Below are positions 17,345-26,102 of a stretch of DNA of 64,000 nucleotides, piece by piece; the stretch's first letter is position 1; every line of letters starts with the position of its first letter. The stretch lies in NCBI GenBank assembly GCA_963611815.1, contig CAVDSY010000022.1:93539-157538 (forward strand), in the 5' to 3' direction. Source of the stretch: a bacterium. GTDB lineage: Bacteria > Bacillota_I > Bacilli_A > RFN20 > CAG-826. A program made the translations under genes and the position numbers. The notes beneath the pieces are model-generated. The model was not told the origin of the DNA and did not search any database. It saw only the letters and a list, made by a program, of their open reading frames with translations.

Positions 17345-18145
17345 ATGCAACATTACCAACGCCGCCCAAAAGGACAAGCTGGACTCGACTTCGAGACCCA
17401 ATTTGTCACTGCCATCAACGGGAAAAAATTCGGAGAGCTTAAGGGCAACATGCCTTTTTTGATCAGCCGTATTTTCCCTGGCATCAAGAAAAGCGATCTG
17501 ATTCTGGCTCAGAAAGCCGATCCAAGAGGAAAAAGCGATGTCAGCGTTTTCACCAACGAAGGAAAAGCCGAAATCTCTCTGAAAAGCGTCAATGGCGATT
17601 TGGTTCATTCTTCGCCAAATGAGAAATTCATCAGTTACCTTTATCACCAAGGCGTATCGGAATCATCGTTGAAGACGCTGCTTTATTTTCTTTATCGCGA
17701 TGGCACGACCGATGGCAGCGGAGAGCGGAAATGGAATTACGACGAAACGATGTTTCGGCTTTCCAAACGCATCGCCGATTTCAATGAAGAGGTAAACAGC
17801 GATCGCGATTTGCTGCAAGATTGCCTGGATTTGGCTCTTTTCCGGGGAAATAACGCGGATTTGCCGCCTGCCAACTGGCTTTATCATGGCTCACTTGAAT
17901 CCGGCCTCGCTGTCTCTCGCTACCAAGTTACAATTTGGGCCAAGCGCGTTCTGAATATGGATTTTATTAGAAACCCGCATATTGGGCCTCTTCATATACG
18001 TCCTTATGCTCAAACGATGAAAGAAACGTCTAGAAACAAAGAAAAATTGGATTGGCTGCGCCTCAAATGGGTCGGCATGGATTCGAATCTGGATTTCATC
18101 TCAAGGAAAATCCCCTCTCACCGCAAAAGCAAAACTGGCGAATAA
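17345..18145 (+). CDS. type II restriction endonuclease-like protein (HinP1I/MspI-like fold), with no adjacent methyltransferase
   Basis: - 266 aa from ATG 17345, with GGAGG 9 nt upstream.
- GKSDVSVFTNEGKAEISLKS resembles the SD-x(n)-(Q/N/S)-x-K catalytic block of HinP1I (KSDINV...IQVK) and MspI.
- Further collinear blocks are LKTLLYFL, LFRGNN...ANWLY and WLRLKW.
- The assignment is from memory, not a search. Confidence 0.45.
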   Translation: MQHYQRRPKGQAGLDFETQFVTAINGKKFGELKGNMPFLISRIFPGIKKSDLILAQKADPRGKSDVSVFTNEGKAEISLKSVNGDLVHSSPNEKFISYLYHQGVSESSLKTLLYFLYRDGTTDGSGERKWNYDETMFRLSKRIADFNEEVNSDRDLLQDCLDLALFRGNNADLPPANWLYHGSLESGLAVSRYQVTIWAKRVLNMDFIRNPHIGPLHIRPYAQTMKETSRNKEKLDWLRLKWVGMDSNLDFISRKIPSHRKSKTGE

Positions 18146-18174
18146 GTCGCGTCGGCGGCTGGGAAAGAGGTCAA

Positions 18175-18202
18175 TTGTCGCCTGTTCTTTCATGTGTATA
18201 AT
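18175..18202 (+). promoter_or_regulatory. promoter TTGTCG-16-TATAAT upstream of the glycosyltransferase
   Basis: Hexamers read directly. The 18-nt leader to ATG 18221 has no SD. Confidence 0.55.
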
Positions 18203-18220
18203 TAACCCCAGTTAAACCTT

Positions 18221-19486
18221 ATGAAAATCGTCTTTGTCCTCGAATGCGCCAACAAACTCAACAATGGCACCACGGCGACTTGCAACCGTTTCGCCGACGA
18301 ACTGAGGAAAAAGGGCCATGAGGTCATAACCATCGGGTGCGAGTTTCAGGATAAGCAGCCAAGAGAGAATTATGTCGGAACTCCGCATTATGTCTTCCCT
18401 GTTTTCGAGCCTTTGATTGCCAAAGAGGGCTTTACCTTCGCCCGCTGCGACATAGCAAAGATTTATGAAGCCATCAAAGACGCCGATTTGGTGCACGTTT
18501 TCCTCCCAATGAAATTGGGGAAGACCGCCCAATTAATAGCGGATGGCTTGGGGATAGCCGTCACCACGGCCTATCATTTGCAGCCGCAGAATATTTCTTC
18601 CGCCATTCATCTGGGGCATCTTCAGTTCATCAATTCAGCCATTTACGCCGGCTTCCGCCATTATTTGTATCGCTCGGTGAGACACGTTCATTGCCCCTCG
18701 CCGATGATTGAAAGAGAGTTAAAGAAACACCATTACGATACGAACGTCACGCATGTCATATCCAACGGAGTAATTCCTTTTTTCCATCACGTCGACTCGG
18801 TTAGGCCGGATTTCTGCAAGGACAAAATCGTCGTCTGCATGTCCGGGCGGCTTGCCTCCGAGAAGAGGCAGGACCTCATTATCAAAGCAGTTGCTTCCAG
18901 CAAGTACAACGAGCGGATACAGATAATCCTTTGCGGCAGCGGCCCGAACGAAAAGCATTACGCCAAACTCGGCAAAAAGCTGAAGCTGGCAAATCCGTTG
19001 ATTATGAGATTTTGCAGCCAAGAAGAACTGCGCGACGTGCTTTGCTATTCCGACATTTACGTTCACGCTTCTGATTTTGAAATCGAAGGGATCAGCGCCA
19101 TCGAAGCCATCACTTGCGGTGCTCTCCCTCTTATCTCTGATTCCAGGCTCTCTGCCACTAACAGCTTTTCCATAAACGACGAAGTCTGCCTCTTCCATCA
19201 TGGTTCAGCCGCTTCACTGCGCGCCAAGATGGAATGGATAATCGAACATCCAAAAGAGGCCGAGGAGCTCAGGAAGGCCTATGTCCTCGCCGCCCCGAAA
19301 TTCGCCTTATCGCGCCAAGTGCAGGCGATGGAAGACATGTTCCTCCAAGCCGTGAAGGAAAAGAAAGAAGGAAACGACATCGCCTCGACTTCGCCAAGAA
19401 AGAAAGACATCCGCAAAGAAAAACGCATTTTTGCCAAGCTTCTCAAGAACGGGGTTATCGACGAAATACCCGCAAAACTTAAATAA
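18221..19486 (+). CDS. GT4-family glycosyltransferase, diacylglycerol alpha-glucosyltransferase (glycolipid synthase)-like
   Basis: 421 aa. The GT-B N-terminus is MKIVFVLE...NGTT...GHEV. The E-x7-E motif is in FEIEGISAIEAITCGALPLISD. The C-terminal tail is basic and amphipathic. Confidence 0.7.
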   Translation: MKIVFVLECANKLNNGTTATCNRFADELRKKGHEVITIGCEFQDKQPRENYVGTPHYVFPVFEPLIAKEGFTFARCDIAKIYEAIKDADLVHVFLPMKLGKTAQLIADGLGIAVTTAYHLQPQNISSAIHLGHLQFINSAIYAGFRHYLYRSVRHVHCPSPMIERELKKHHYDTNVTHVISNGVIPFFHHVDSVRPDFCKDKIVVCMSGRLASEKRQDLIIKAVASSKYNERIQIILCGSGPNEKHYAKLGKKLKLANPLIMRFCSQEELRDVLCYSDIYVHASDFEIEGISAIEAITCGALPLISDSRLSATNSFSINDEVCLFHHGSAASLRAKMEWIIEHPKEAEELRKAYVLAAPKFALSRQVQAMEDMFLQAVKEKKEGNDIASTSPRKKDIRKEKRIFAKLLKNGVIDEIPAKLK

Positions 19487-19496
19487 ACGCCGCGAT

Positions 19497-22019
19497 TTAA
19501 GCGTTTTTCCTTTCGATTAGCTTAACGCTTTTCATCACGAAACCAACCAATTGCTTCATGCCTAAATACAAAGGGAACGCGCCAAGCAAAGCAAGGAAAT
19601 AAATCCATATGATCCAGCTTTGCTGTTCGATGTCGGCGAAGACCCTGCTGTTCCATGGCTGGAAGAATTCGCGCCAGAAGGTCGAATCCCCGAATATCAT
19701 GTTCAAAGTCGTAGGCGCGCCGCCCAAATAAGAGTTCGGCGCCGCCAAAGCCATCACTAATGCGGCGAGGAAAGATACGCCAAATACCACAGCGCGATAT
19801 TTGGTGAAAGGGCAGGAAAGCGAGAACATGATTATCAAGCCGCCGATGATTGTCAGGATGGAGATCGACGCCCTCGAATTCTCTTGGCTCATGACTCCGC
19901 ACTGCCAGAGAATCATCGGAACAAGGGCGAAAATCAGCAGCATCAATCCCCCCGATATCGCAGCCGGTATTACCTTTGATATGAAATTCCCTTCGATCCT
20001 CTTTTTGGAATTCTCAAGCGACAAAAGGAATCCTCCGATCCCGATTACTGCCTGCTCAAAGAGATAGACGTTCTCTATCGTGAAGAGCATTTGTCCTGCT
20101 TTGAAGGGGATGGAGAATAGGCAAAGCGATATGATGAAGGCGGTTTTTGACAGGAAGAGGATGGATGATCTCTGGATGTTGTTCACGACGCGCCTGCCCT
20201 GCAAAACAACGTCGACGAGGTGAGAAAAGTCATCATCCATCAAAACGACGTCGCTGCAAGCTTTCGCGGCATCGGTGGCGCGGGCGAAAGTGACGGAGGA
20301 GTTCGCTTTGCGAAGAGCCAAAGTGTCATTGACCCCATCTCCAGTCATCGCGACTTTGTGGCCTTTTTCCTGCAAAGCCGTGACTAGAGCTTCCTTTTGC
20401 TCAGGCGAGACGCGCGCAAAGACGACATACTGTTCGGCAAGCGCCTTCGTTTCCTCGATGCTTTTGCCTTCCAAAGAAACGGCTTTGTCGGCGTTTTTGA
20501 CCCCGCACGCCTCAGCGATTTTGGAGACGGTGATGGGGGAGTCGCCAGAGATGATTCTGATGTCGACGTCATTCTCGTAGAAATAGGAGATCGTTTGTTT
20601 GGCGGAGGGCCTTATTTTGTCTTCTATCGAATAAAGCGCCAAAGGGGATCCGTCATAGACCAAAGCCAGTACGCGAAGACCTTTTTCCTCCTCCGCATTT
20701 GCCTTCTTGATGACGTTTTTGAATGAGGAGCAAATGTATTCTGGGGCGCCGAGAAGAACCTCCTTGCCTGATTTAAGGACGATTCCGGAGAACTTCCTTT
20801 GGCTTGAGAAAGGGATTACCTCACGGATTCTCATCTCGATCGGCTTGAAGGCATCTCTCAAGGCGTTTGCGGTCGCATTGAAGGACTTCATGTTCGATAG
20901 CAACGCCCCAAGATAGGCGTCGGCGTCTTCCTTGGGGCCGAAGTATTCGGTTGAGACGACGCGCATCGTCCCGTCTGTCAAAGTCCCCGTTTTGTCCAGG
21001 CAAAGCACATCTACGCGGGAAAGGTTCTCAAGCGAATAAAGTTCTTGGATCAACGTTTTCTTTTTGGCGAGGTTCACTATGGAGACCCCTAAGGACAAAG
21101 ACGTGCAAAGGACGAGGCCGGTAGGGATAACCCCGATCGCGAAAGCGGAAGCGGTGGAGATTATCTGCGCCCATCCTAGCGGATCGCTCAATGACATCGC
21201 GTCAGAAAAAACGCTTGGGTCATTCCCATGCAGCGTTATCTTCACGCACATCGTGGCCACGACGACCGCTACCACCCCGATCAAGACGAAAGAGAGTATG
21301 TTCAGAATGCCATATATCGTCTTCATCAGCTCCGATTTGCCGCTTTGAATCGCTTTTACCTTCTTGGAAAGAGAGTTTGCGTAAGTTGCTTCGCCAACGG
21401 CCGTCACTATTCCTTTGCCTGCCCCTGCGACAATGAAAGATCCTGAATAGAGCTCAGCCCCTTTATTGAACTTTCTCACCGGCACGCTTTCGCCAGTCAG
21501 AAGCGACTCATCCACTTCGACGTCCCCTTCGACGAGTTTCGCGTCGACAACCAGCTGGTCCCCGTTTTGGAAAACGATGATGTCTCCGAGCACGATTTCC
21601 CGCTGGGTCATAGTCAGTTTTTCCCCATCGCGGATGACGTGAACCTTGGCTTGATTCACTATTTTCATCTTGTCCAAAGTTATCTTGGAGCGCATCTCGG
21701 TGGAGATGCCGATGATGAGGTTGAAAATGAGCGGTATCAGATATCCGAATTTCGAGATGCCGAAATATTTCGCGGCCTCCTCGCGGTAGCCTAGATTCAG
21801 CAAAATGAGGTAGAAGACGACGAAGAGAATCGCCACGGCAAAGAGAAACAAGGTGAAAAAGTTGCAGACGTTGTTTTTGAAAATCGACCAGAAGCCTTTC
21901 TCACTTTTTTTCGAGGGCGCATTGGAAAATCCATCGAGAAAACGCTGTCTCGCCTCTTCGGTTGAAAGGCCGGAGATGGGCGAAGTGGCCAAGTAATCTT
22001 TTTCGCTTTTCTTTTCCAT
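19497..22019 (-). CDS. cation-transporting P-type ATPase (type II, Ca2+/Mg2+-like)
   Basis: 840 aa. It carries the phosphorylation motif CLDKTGTLTDG, the hinge motif TGDGVNDTLAL, TGES in the actuator domain, and about 10 TM segments. Confidence 0.88.
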   Translation of the reverse strand: MEKKSEKDYLATSPISGLSTEEARQRFLDGFSNAPSKKSEKGFWSIFKNNVCNFFTLFLFAVAILFVVFYLILLNLGYREEAAKYFGISKFGYLIPLIFNLIIGISTEMRSKITLDKMKIVNQAKVHVIRDGEKLTMTQREIVLGDIIVFQNGDQLVVDAKLVEGDVEVDESLLTGESVPVRKFNKGAELYSGSFIVAGAGKGIVTAVGEATYANSLSKKVKAIQSGKSELMKTIYGILNILSFVLIGVVAVVVATMCVKITLHGNDPSVFSDAMSLSDPLGWAQIISTASAFAIGVIPTGLVLCTSLSLGVSIVNLAKKKTLIQELYSLENLSRVDVLCLDKTGTLTDGTMRVVSTEYFGPKEDADAYLGALLSNMKSFNATANALRDAFKPIEMRIREVIPFSSQRKFSGIVLKSGKEVLLGAPEYICSSFKNVIKKANAEEEKGLRVLALVYDGSPLALYSIEDKIRPSAKQTISYFYENDVDIRIISGDSPITVSKIAEACGVKNADKAVSLEGKSIEETKALAEQYVVFARVSPEQKEALVTALQEKGHKVAMTGDGVNDTLALRKANSSVTFARATDAAKACSDVVLMDDDFSHLVDVVLQGRRVVNNIQRSSILFLSKTAFIISLCLFSIPFKAGQMLFTIENVYLFEQAVIGIGGFLLSLENSKKRIEGNFISKVIPAAISGGLMLLIFALVPMILWQCGVMSQENSRASISILTIIGGLIIMFSLSCPFTKYRAVVFGVSFLAALVMALAAPNSYLGGAPTTLNMIFGDSTFWREFFQPWNSRVFADIEQQSWIIWIYFLALLGAFPLYLGMKQLVGFVMKSVKLIERKNA

Positions 22020-22194
22020 CGATTTTGCTTCAGCGATTTAGCGGTGAAGCTCCACACGCGCATGTAGGCGCGCAAAGAATTAAAGATATATTGACAGGAC
22101 ACGACCTTGATAAGATCTATTGGCCCGCAAAAATATCATTACATGAATTCTACTCCTGATGGCAAAAACAAACAGGGGCAGGTAATGGGCTTTG

Positions 22195-22758
22195 TTACTT
22201 GAGCGTCAACCCAATGTTGAAAGCTTTCGCGACGGGCTCACCGATTTTCCGGTAGATGCCCTTTGCTTCGTCAAGACAAATGAGTTTGGCTTTCTCCAAA
22301 TCTATGTCCCCATTCTCGTCAAGGACGCTTTCCTTGACGAGGCAAGCGACGATTTCGCCGACCAATATCCCGCCTTCTTCCTTGCTTCCGATGAATTTCC
22401 GCACTTTGCACTCCAAGGTGATGGGGTAATTTGTGAATAGAGGAGCGTCGATGTCTTTGGCTTTTTCAGCGGTTAGGCCTGATTTCTCTATTTTCTTCGG
22501 CTCGGTTTTTAATGAGACAAGCCCAACGTAATCGCTGGCGGCGACGTTTGCCTCATCGGCGAAAGCGACGGTGAATTCTCCTTTGGCGAAAATATTGTCC
22601 GTGGTTTGGTGGGAGGATAGGCAAATGGCGATTTCGTCAGTATCGCTCCTCCCTCCCCAAGCGGCGTTCATCGCATCTGGATTCCCTTCCTCGTCGTATG
22701 TTCCGATGATCAAAACCGATTCGGGGAAGCAGATATTCTTCTTTTTGACTGATTTCAT
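22195..22758 (-). CDS. flavin reductase-like / flavoredoxin family protein
   Basis: The start MKSVKKKNICFPESVLIIGTYDEEGNPDAMNAAWGG is typical of flavin-reductase-like FMN-binding domains. The upstream 22 codons in the ORF track are rejected. Confidence 0.6.
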   Translation of the reverse strand: MKSVKKKNICFPESVLIIGTYDEEGNPDAMNAAWGGRSDTDEIAICLSSHQTTDNIFAKGEFTVAFADEANVAASDYVGLVSLKTEPKKIEKSGLTAEKAKDIDAPLFTNYPITLECKVRKFIGSKEEGGILVGEIVACLVKESVLDENGDIDLEKAKLICLDEAKGIYRKIGEPVAKAFNIGLTLK

Positions 22759-22806
22759 TCTTTTTCTACCTCTGGTGGGAATTCTAACCCAAATCGGGGT
22801 TATCAT

Positions 22807-23514
22807 ATGCGCATGGTTACCCAAATTTATTCAATTCACGATTGCCTCGAGGCCAAAATGTGCATCGATGCAGGGGCGGAGCACATTGGCGTCGCCCTCG
22901 AAAATGGCTATTTTTGCCCTCGCGAGGTAAAGCTTGATGGGATAAAAGAGATTTTCTCTTGCATCGGGACCAAGGCGAAAAAAGTTCTGATCGTCGTTTC
23001 AAAAGGCGAAGACGAGGTCCTTGAAGCGGTGAGAGAGTTACGGCCCGACATCGTGCATATCTGCGGGAACTACTACGAAGCGACTCCGAGCCTGAAAGAG
23101 CACCTCCATCAGATTGACCCGAAGATTGAACTGATGCAAGCCATTGGCCTCCCGTCTGACGATTATATGGAAAAGGCCGCAAAATTCGCCTCTTTCTGCG
23201 ATTATCTGATCCTTGATTCAATCAATCCGACGCTGACATCCATCGGCGTGGCGGGCGTCACCCATGATTGGAATGACGACAAAAAAATCGTCGAAACCTT
23301 CCCGAATCTCAAAGTGATACTCGCTGGAGGCCTCGGGCCGGACAATGTTTATGATGCCATCATGAAGGTGAAGCCTTACGGGGTTGACTCGTTCACGAAA
23401 ACCTCGCGCAAGCTCAGCGATGGGACGTTGGTGAAAGACGCCTTGCTCATCGACGATTTCGTCAAAGAAGCGAATCGCGCCTACAAAGACTTGGGACTTG
23501 GAAAAGCAAACTGA
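22807..23514 (+). CDS. phosphoribosylanthranilate isomerase (TrpF)-like TIM-barrel protein, divergent and orphan
   Basis: Collinear with TrpF in VHICG, ILDS...GVAGVTHDW, ILAGGLGPDNV and GVDS. The KICG(I/V)T catalytic-Cys block reads QIYSIH here. Confidence 0.5.
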   Translation: MRMVTQIYSIHDCLEAKMCIDAGAEHIGVALENGYFCPREVKLDGIKEIFSCIGTKAKKVLIVVSKGEDEVLEAVRELRPDIVHICGNYYEATPSLKEHLHQIDPKIELMQAIGLPSDDYMEKAAKFASFCDYLILDSINPTLTSIGVAGVTHDWNDDKKIVETFPNLKVILAGGLGPDNVYDAIMKVKPYGVDSFTKTSRKLSDGTLVKDALLIDDFVKEANRAYKDLGLGKAN

Positions 23515-23522
23515 AGACTGCT

Positions 23523-24278
23523 TTACTTTAGGTCCAACTCAATTGGACAATGGTCTGAACCGAAAATTTCGTTGTGGATCTCAGAGCCAGTGACCTGGCT
23601 TATGAAATTGTTCGAGACGAGAAAGTAATCGATGCGCCAACCGGCGTTCTTTTCCCTTGCGTGGAAACGGTAGCTCCACCATGAGTAGCGGACCTCCTCG
23701 CCATGGAAATAACGGAAGGTGTCGACGAGCCCGATGCCAAGCAAAGAAGAGAAGGCGTTCCTTTCCTCGTCGGTGAAGCCAGCATTATTATGATTGCTTT
23801 CTGGATTCTTCAAATCGATTTCCTTGTGGGCCACGTTCATGTCGCCGGTGTAGATGATGGGCTTTTTCGTTTGCAGCGAGGAAAGATAGCCTTTGAGCCG
23901 AACCTCATATTCCAAGCGGAACGGCAGGCGCTTCAATTCCTCGCCCGAATTCGGCACATAGGCGCCGACGAGGTGGAAAGAGGGGTATTCGAGAGTGATT
24001 ATCCTGCCTTCCTCGTCGTAGGCTCCGTCCTCAAGGCCGTAATGGACACTCAACGGCTTCTCTTTGCAAAAGAAAGCGACCCCCGAATAGCCTTTCTTGA
24101 CTTTGGAGATGGTGAAAAACAACTCATACCCTGGCAACTCCAAGGGGAAATCCACCCCTTCGCTGAGCTTCGTTTCCTGCAAGAATATGACATCCGCATC
24201 CAAGGAAAGGAGACTCTCCTTCAAGCCATGGGTCAGCGCGGCCCTGATACCGTTGACGTTCCAAGACACCAATTTCAT
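23523..24278 (-). CDS. xth: exodeoxyribonuclease III (AP endonuclease)
   Basis: 251 aa. MKLVSWNVNGIRA ... QETK ... SDHCPIELDL are classic ExoIII blocks. Confidence 0.92.
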   Translation of the reverse strand: MKLVSWNVNGIRAALTHGLKESLLSLDADVIFLQETKLSEGVDFPLELPGYELFFTISKVKKGYSGVAFFCKEKPLSVHYGLEDGAYDEEGRIITLEYPSFHLVGAYVPNSGEELKRLPFRLEYEVRLKGYLSSLQTKKPIIYTGDMNVAHKEIDLKNPESNHNNAGFTDEERNAFSSLLGIGLVDTFRYFHGEEVRYSWWSYRFHAREKNAGWRIDYFLVSNNFISQVTGSEIHNEIFGSDHCPIELDLK

Positions 24279-24287
24279 AAAGACTCC

Positions 24288-26102
24288 TCATTCGAAAGCG
24301 AACTGTGAATTGTAAAGGCCGGCGTAGAAACCGTTTTGGGCAATAAGGTCGTCGTGCGTGCCCTGCTCGATGATGTTGCCGTCCTTCATCACGAGGATGA
24401 GATCCGCGTTTTTGATGGTGGAGAGGCGGTGGGCGATGACGAAGCTCGTCCTTCCTTTCGTCAAGGCGTCCATTGCCTTTTGTATCCGCTCTTCGGTGCG
24501 GGTGTCGACGTTTGAGGTGGCCTCGTCAAGGATGAGCAGGGGGGCTTTCCTGATCATCGCCCGAGTGATGGTGAGGAGCTGCTTCTCACCGCTAGACAGC
24601 GAGGAGCCGTCCTTGATTTGGTAATCCAAGCCTCCCGGCAGGGTTTTGACGTAGTGGAGCATGTGGGTCGCCTTCAAAGCCGCGTAGATGTCTTCTTCGC
24701 TGACCCCTTTGGTGTTGTAGACGAGGTTTTCCCTGAGCGTGCCTTGGAAAACCCATGTGTCTTGGAGGACCATTCCGAATATCTCGCGCACCTCCTCTCT
24801 TTTCATCGAAGAGATGTCGACGCCGTCTATCGAGATCGTTCCGGAGTTCACCTCATAGAAACGCATCAGGAGATTCACCATCGTCGTTTTGCCCGCGCCC
24901 GTCGGACCGACGATGGCAACTTTGGATCCCGGCTTAACCTTGGCGGAGAAATCGTGGATGATTTCCCGACTGCTGTCATAAGCGAAATAGACATGGGAGA
25001 ATTCAACTTCCCCTTTGATTGATCCAGCCTCCCCTTCGATGAATTTAAGGGTCTTTTCGGATTCGTCTGGCTGCTCGCCTTCCTCGAGGAATTCGTAGAC
25101 TCTGCCGCTGGCGGCGCTTGCGCTGGAGAGGGAGTTCATCGACTGCGAAATCGATGACAAAGGGGATTGGAAAAGGTTTACATAGACCAAAAACTCCGCA
25201 AGACGGCCATAATCCATTCCTTCCGCCCCTTTTATTAGGAGCAATCCGCCGACGAGCAAGACCCCGGCGTAAGCCAAATAGGAAACGAAGTTCATCGCCG
25301 GCTGGAGCATGCCCATGAAGGCCTCGCCGAAGAACATTGTCCTTCCGAGATCGCGGTTAGGTTTGTCGAACTGGTCTTTTTCAAGCTGCTCATTGCCGAA
25401 GGCTTTGATGACCATCTGGCCGGAATAGTTTTCCTCGATGACCCCGTTTATGTCGCCGAGGATCTTTTGCCTTTTCCTGAACTGGGGGAAAGCAAGGCTC
25501 CCCATCAAAGCGATGACGATGAGAAGTATCGGCAGGGAAGCGATGCAAGTGAGAGCCAGCTGCCATGATTTAACGAACATCATGATGATCACTCCCAAAA
25601 GCATGATGACGTTTTGAAGAAGGGTGGCTATTGAGGATGCAAAGTTCTGGGCGATGTTGTCGACGTCGTTGGTGATGCGAGAAAGGATGTCGCCGAATTG
25701 ATGCGAGTCGAAATAGGAAAGAGGCATCGCGTTGATCTTGTCCTCTATCGCCTCCCTCAAATCCCTCGCATAGTAATTGGATATTGTGTTCAGAATGAAG
25801 CTTGCTGCATAGGAAGCTAGAGCCGAAGCGAAATAGAGGCAGGCAAGGATGAGGCCATAATGCGTGATGTCGTCCATCGGGACTTTGGAGCCGGCGTTGG
25901 CTGAGTTAGTGATGGTGTTGGTCAGGTTGCGAAGCTCGCTTGGAGAGTAAATCGAGATTAGGACGTTGATTATGGCGAAAACGATGGCCACGAGGAAAAA
26001 GACGACGTATCCAGGATGCTTTTTGGCCATATGGGAGAAGGCCTTCTTCGTCGCGCGGACGGAGAATTTCCTCTTCTTCAGATCATCGGGATGCTTTTTC
26101 AT
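24288..26102 (-). CDS. ABC transporter, fused permease/ATPase (exporter half-transporter B)
   Basis: 604 aa with 6 TM segments. It has Walker A GPTGAGKTT, signature LSSGEKQ and Walker B LLILDEATS. It overlaps the upstream partner by 4 nt. Confidence 0.9.
   Translation of the reverse strand: MKKHPDDLKKRKFSVRATKKAFSHMAKKHPGYVVFFLVAIVFAIINVLISIYSPSELRNLTNTITNSANAGSKVPMDDITHYGLILACLYFASALASYAASFILNTISNYYARDLREAIEDKINAMPLSYFDSHQFGDILSRITNDVDNIAQNFASSIATLLQNVIMLLGVIIMMFVKSWQLALTCIASLPILLIVIALMGSLAFPQFRKRQKILGDINGVIEENYSGQMVIKAFGNEQLEKDQFDKPNRDLGRTMFFGEAFMGMLQPAMNFVSYLAYAGVLLVGGLLLIKGAEGMDYGRLAEFLVYVNLFQSPLSSISQSMNSLSSASAASGRVYEFLEEGEQPDESEKTLKFIEGEAGSIKGEVEFSHVYFAYDSSREIIHDFSAKVKPGSKVAIVGPTGAGKTTMVNLLMRFYEVNSGTISIDGVDISSMKREEVREIFGMVLQDTWVFQGTLRENLVYNTKGVSEEDIYAALKATHMLHYVKTLPGGLDYQIKDGSSLSSGEKQLLTITRAMIRKAPLLILDEATSNVDTRTEERIQKAMDALTKGRTSFVIAHRLSTIKNADLILVMKDGNIIEQGTHDDLIAQNGFYAGLYNSQFAFE

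Noticed and set aside
18221-19486. Idea that the GT4 glycosyltransferase is the DNA-modifying (glycosylating) partner of the orphan endonuclease
   Set aside because: The protein looks like a membrane-associated diacylglycerol glucosyltransferase. It has a GT4 E-x7-E motif and an amphipathic basic tail, and it has its own promoter. Nothing in the sequence points to a DNA substrate. It is mentioned only as context.
22091-22116. Consensus TTGACA followed by TAAGAT on the plus strand upstream of nothing
   Set aside because: The spacer is only 14 nt, and the downstream gene (22195-22758) is on the opposite strand. It is probably a chance match.
17163-22200. Search for a direct repeat of the tRNA-Phe 3' end (att-site scar), integrase or other mobile-element genes bounding the lower-GC islet
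   Set aside because: No convincing repeat of GGTTCGACCCCGCCTTGGGCCACCA, and no integrase or transposase ORF, was found by eye. The islet therefore cannot be called a genomic island or mobile element.
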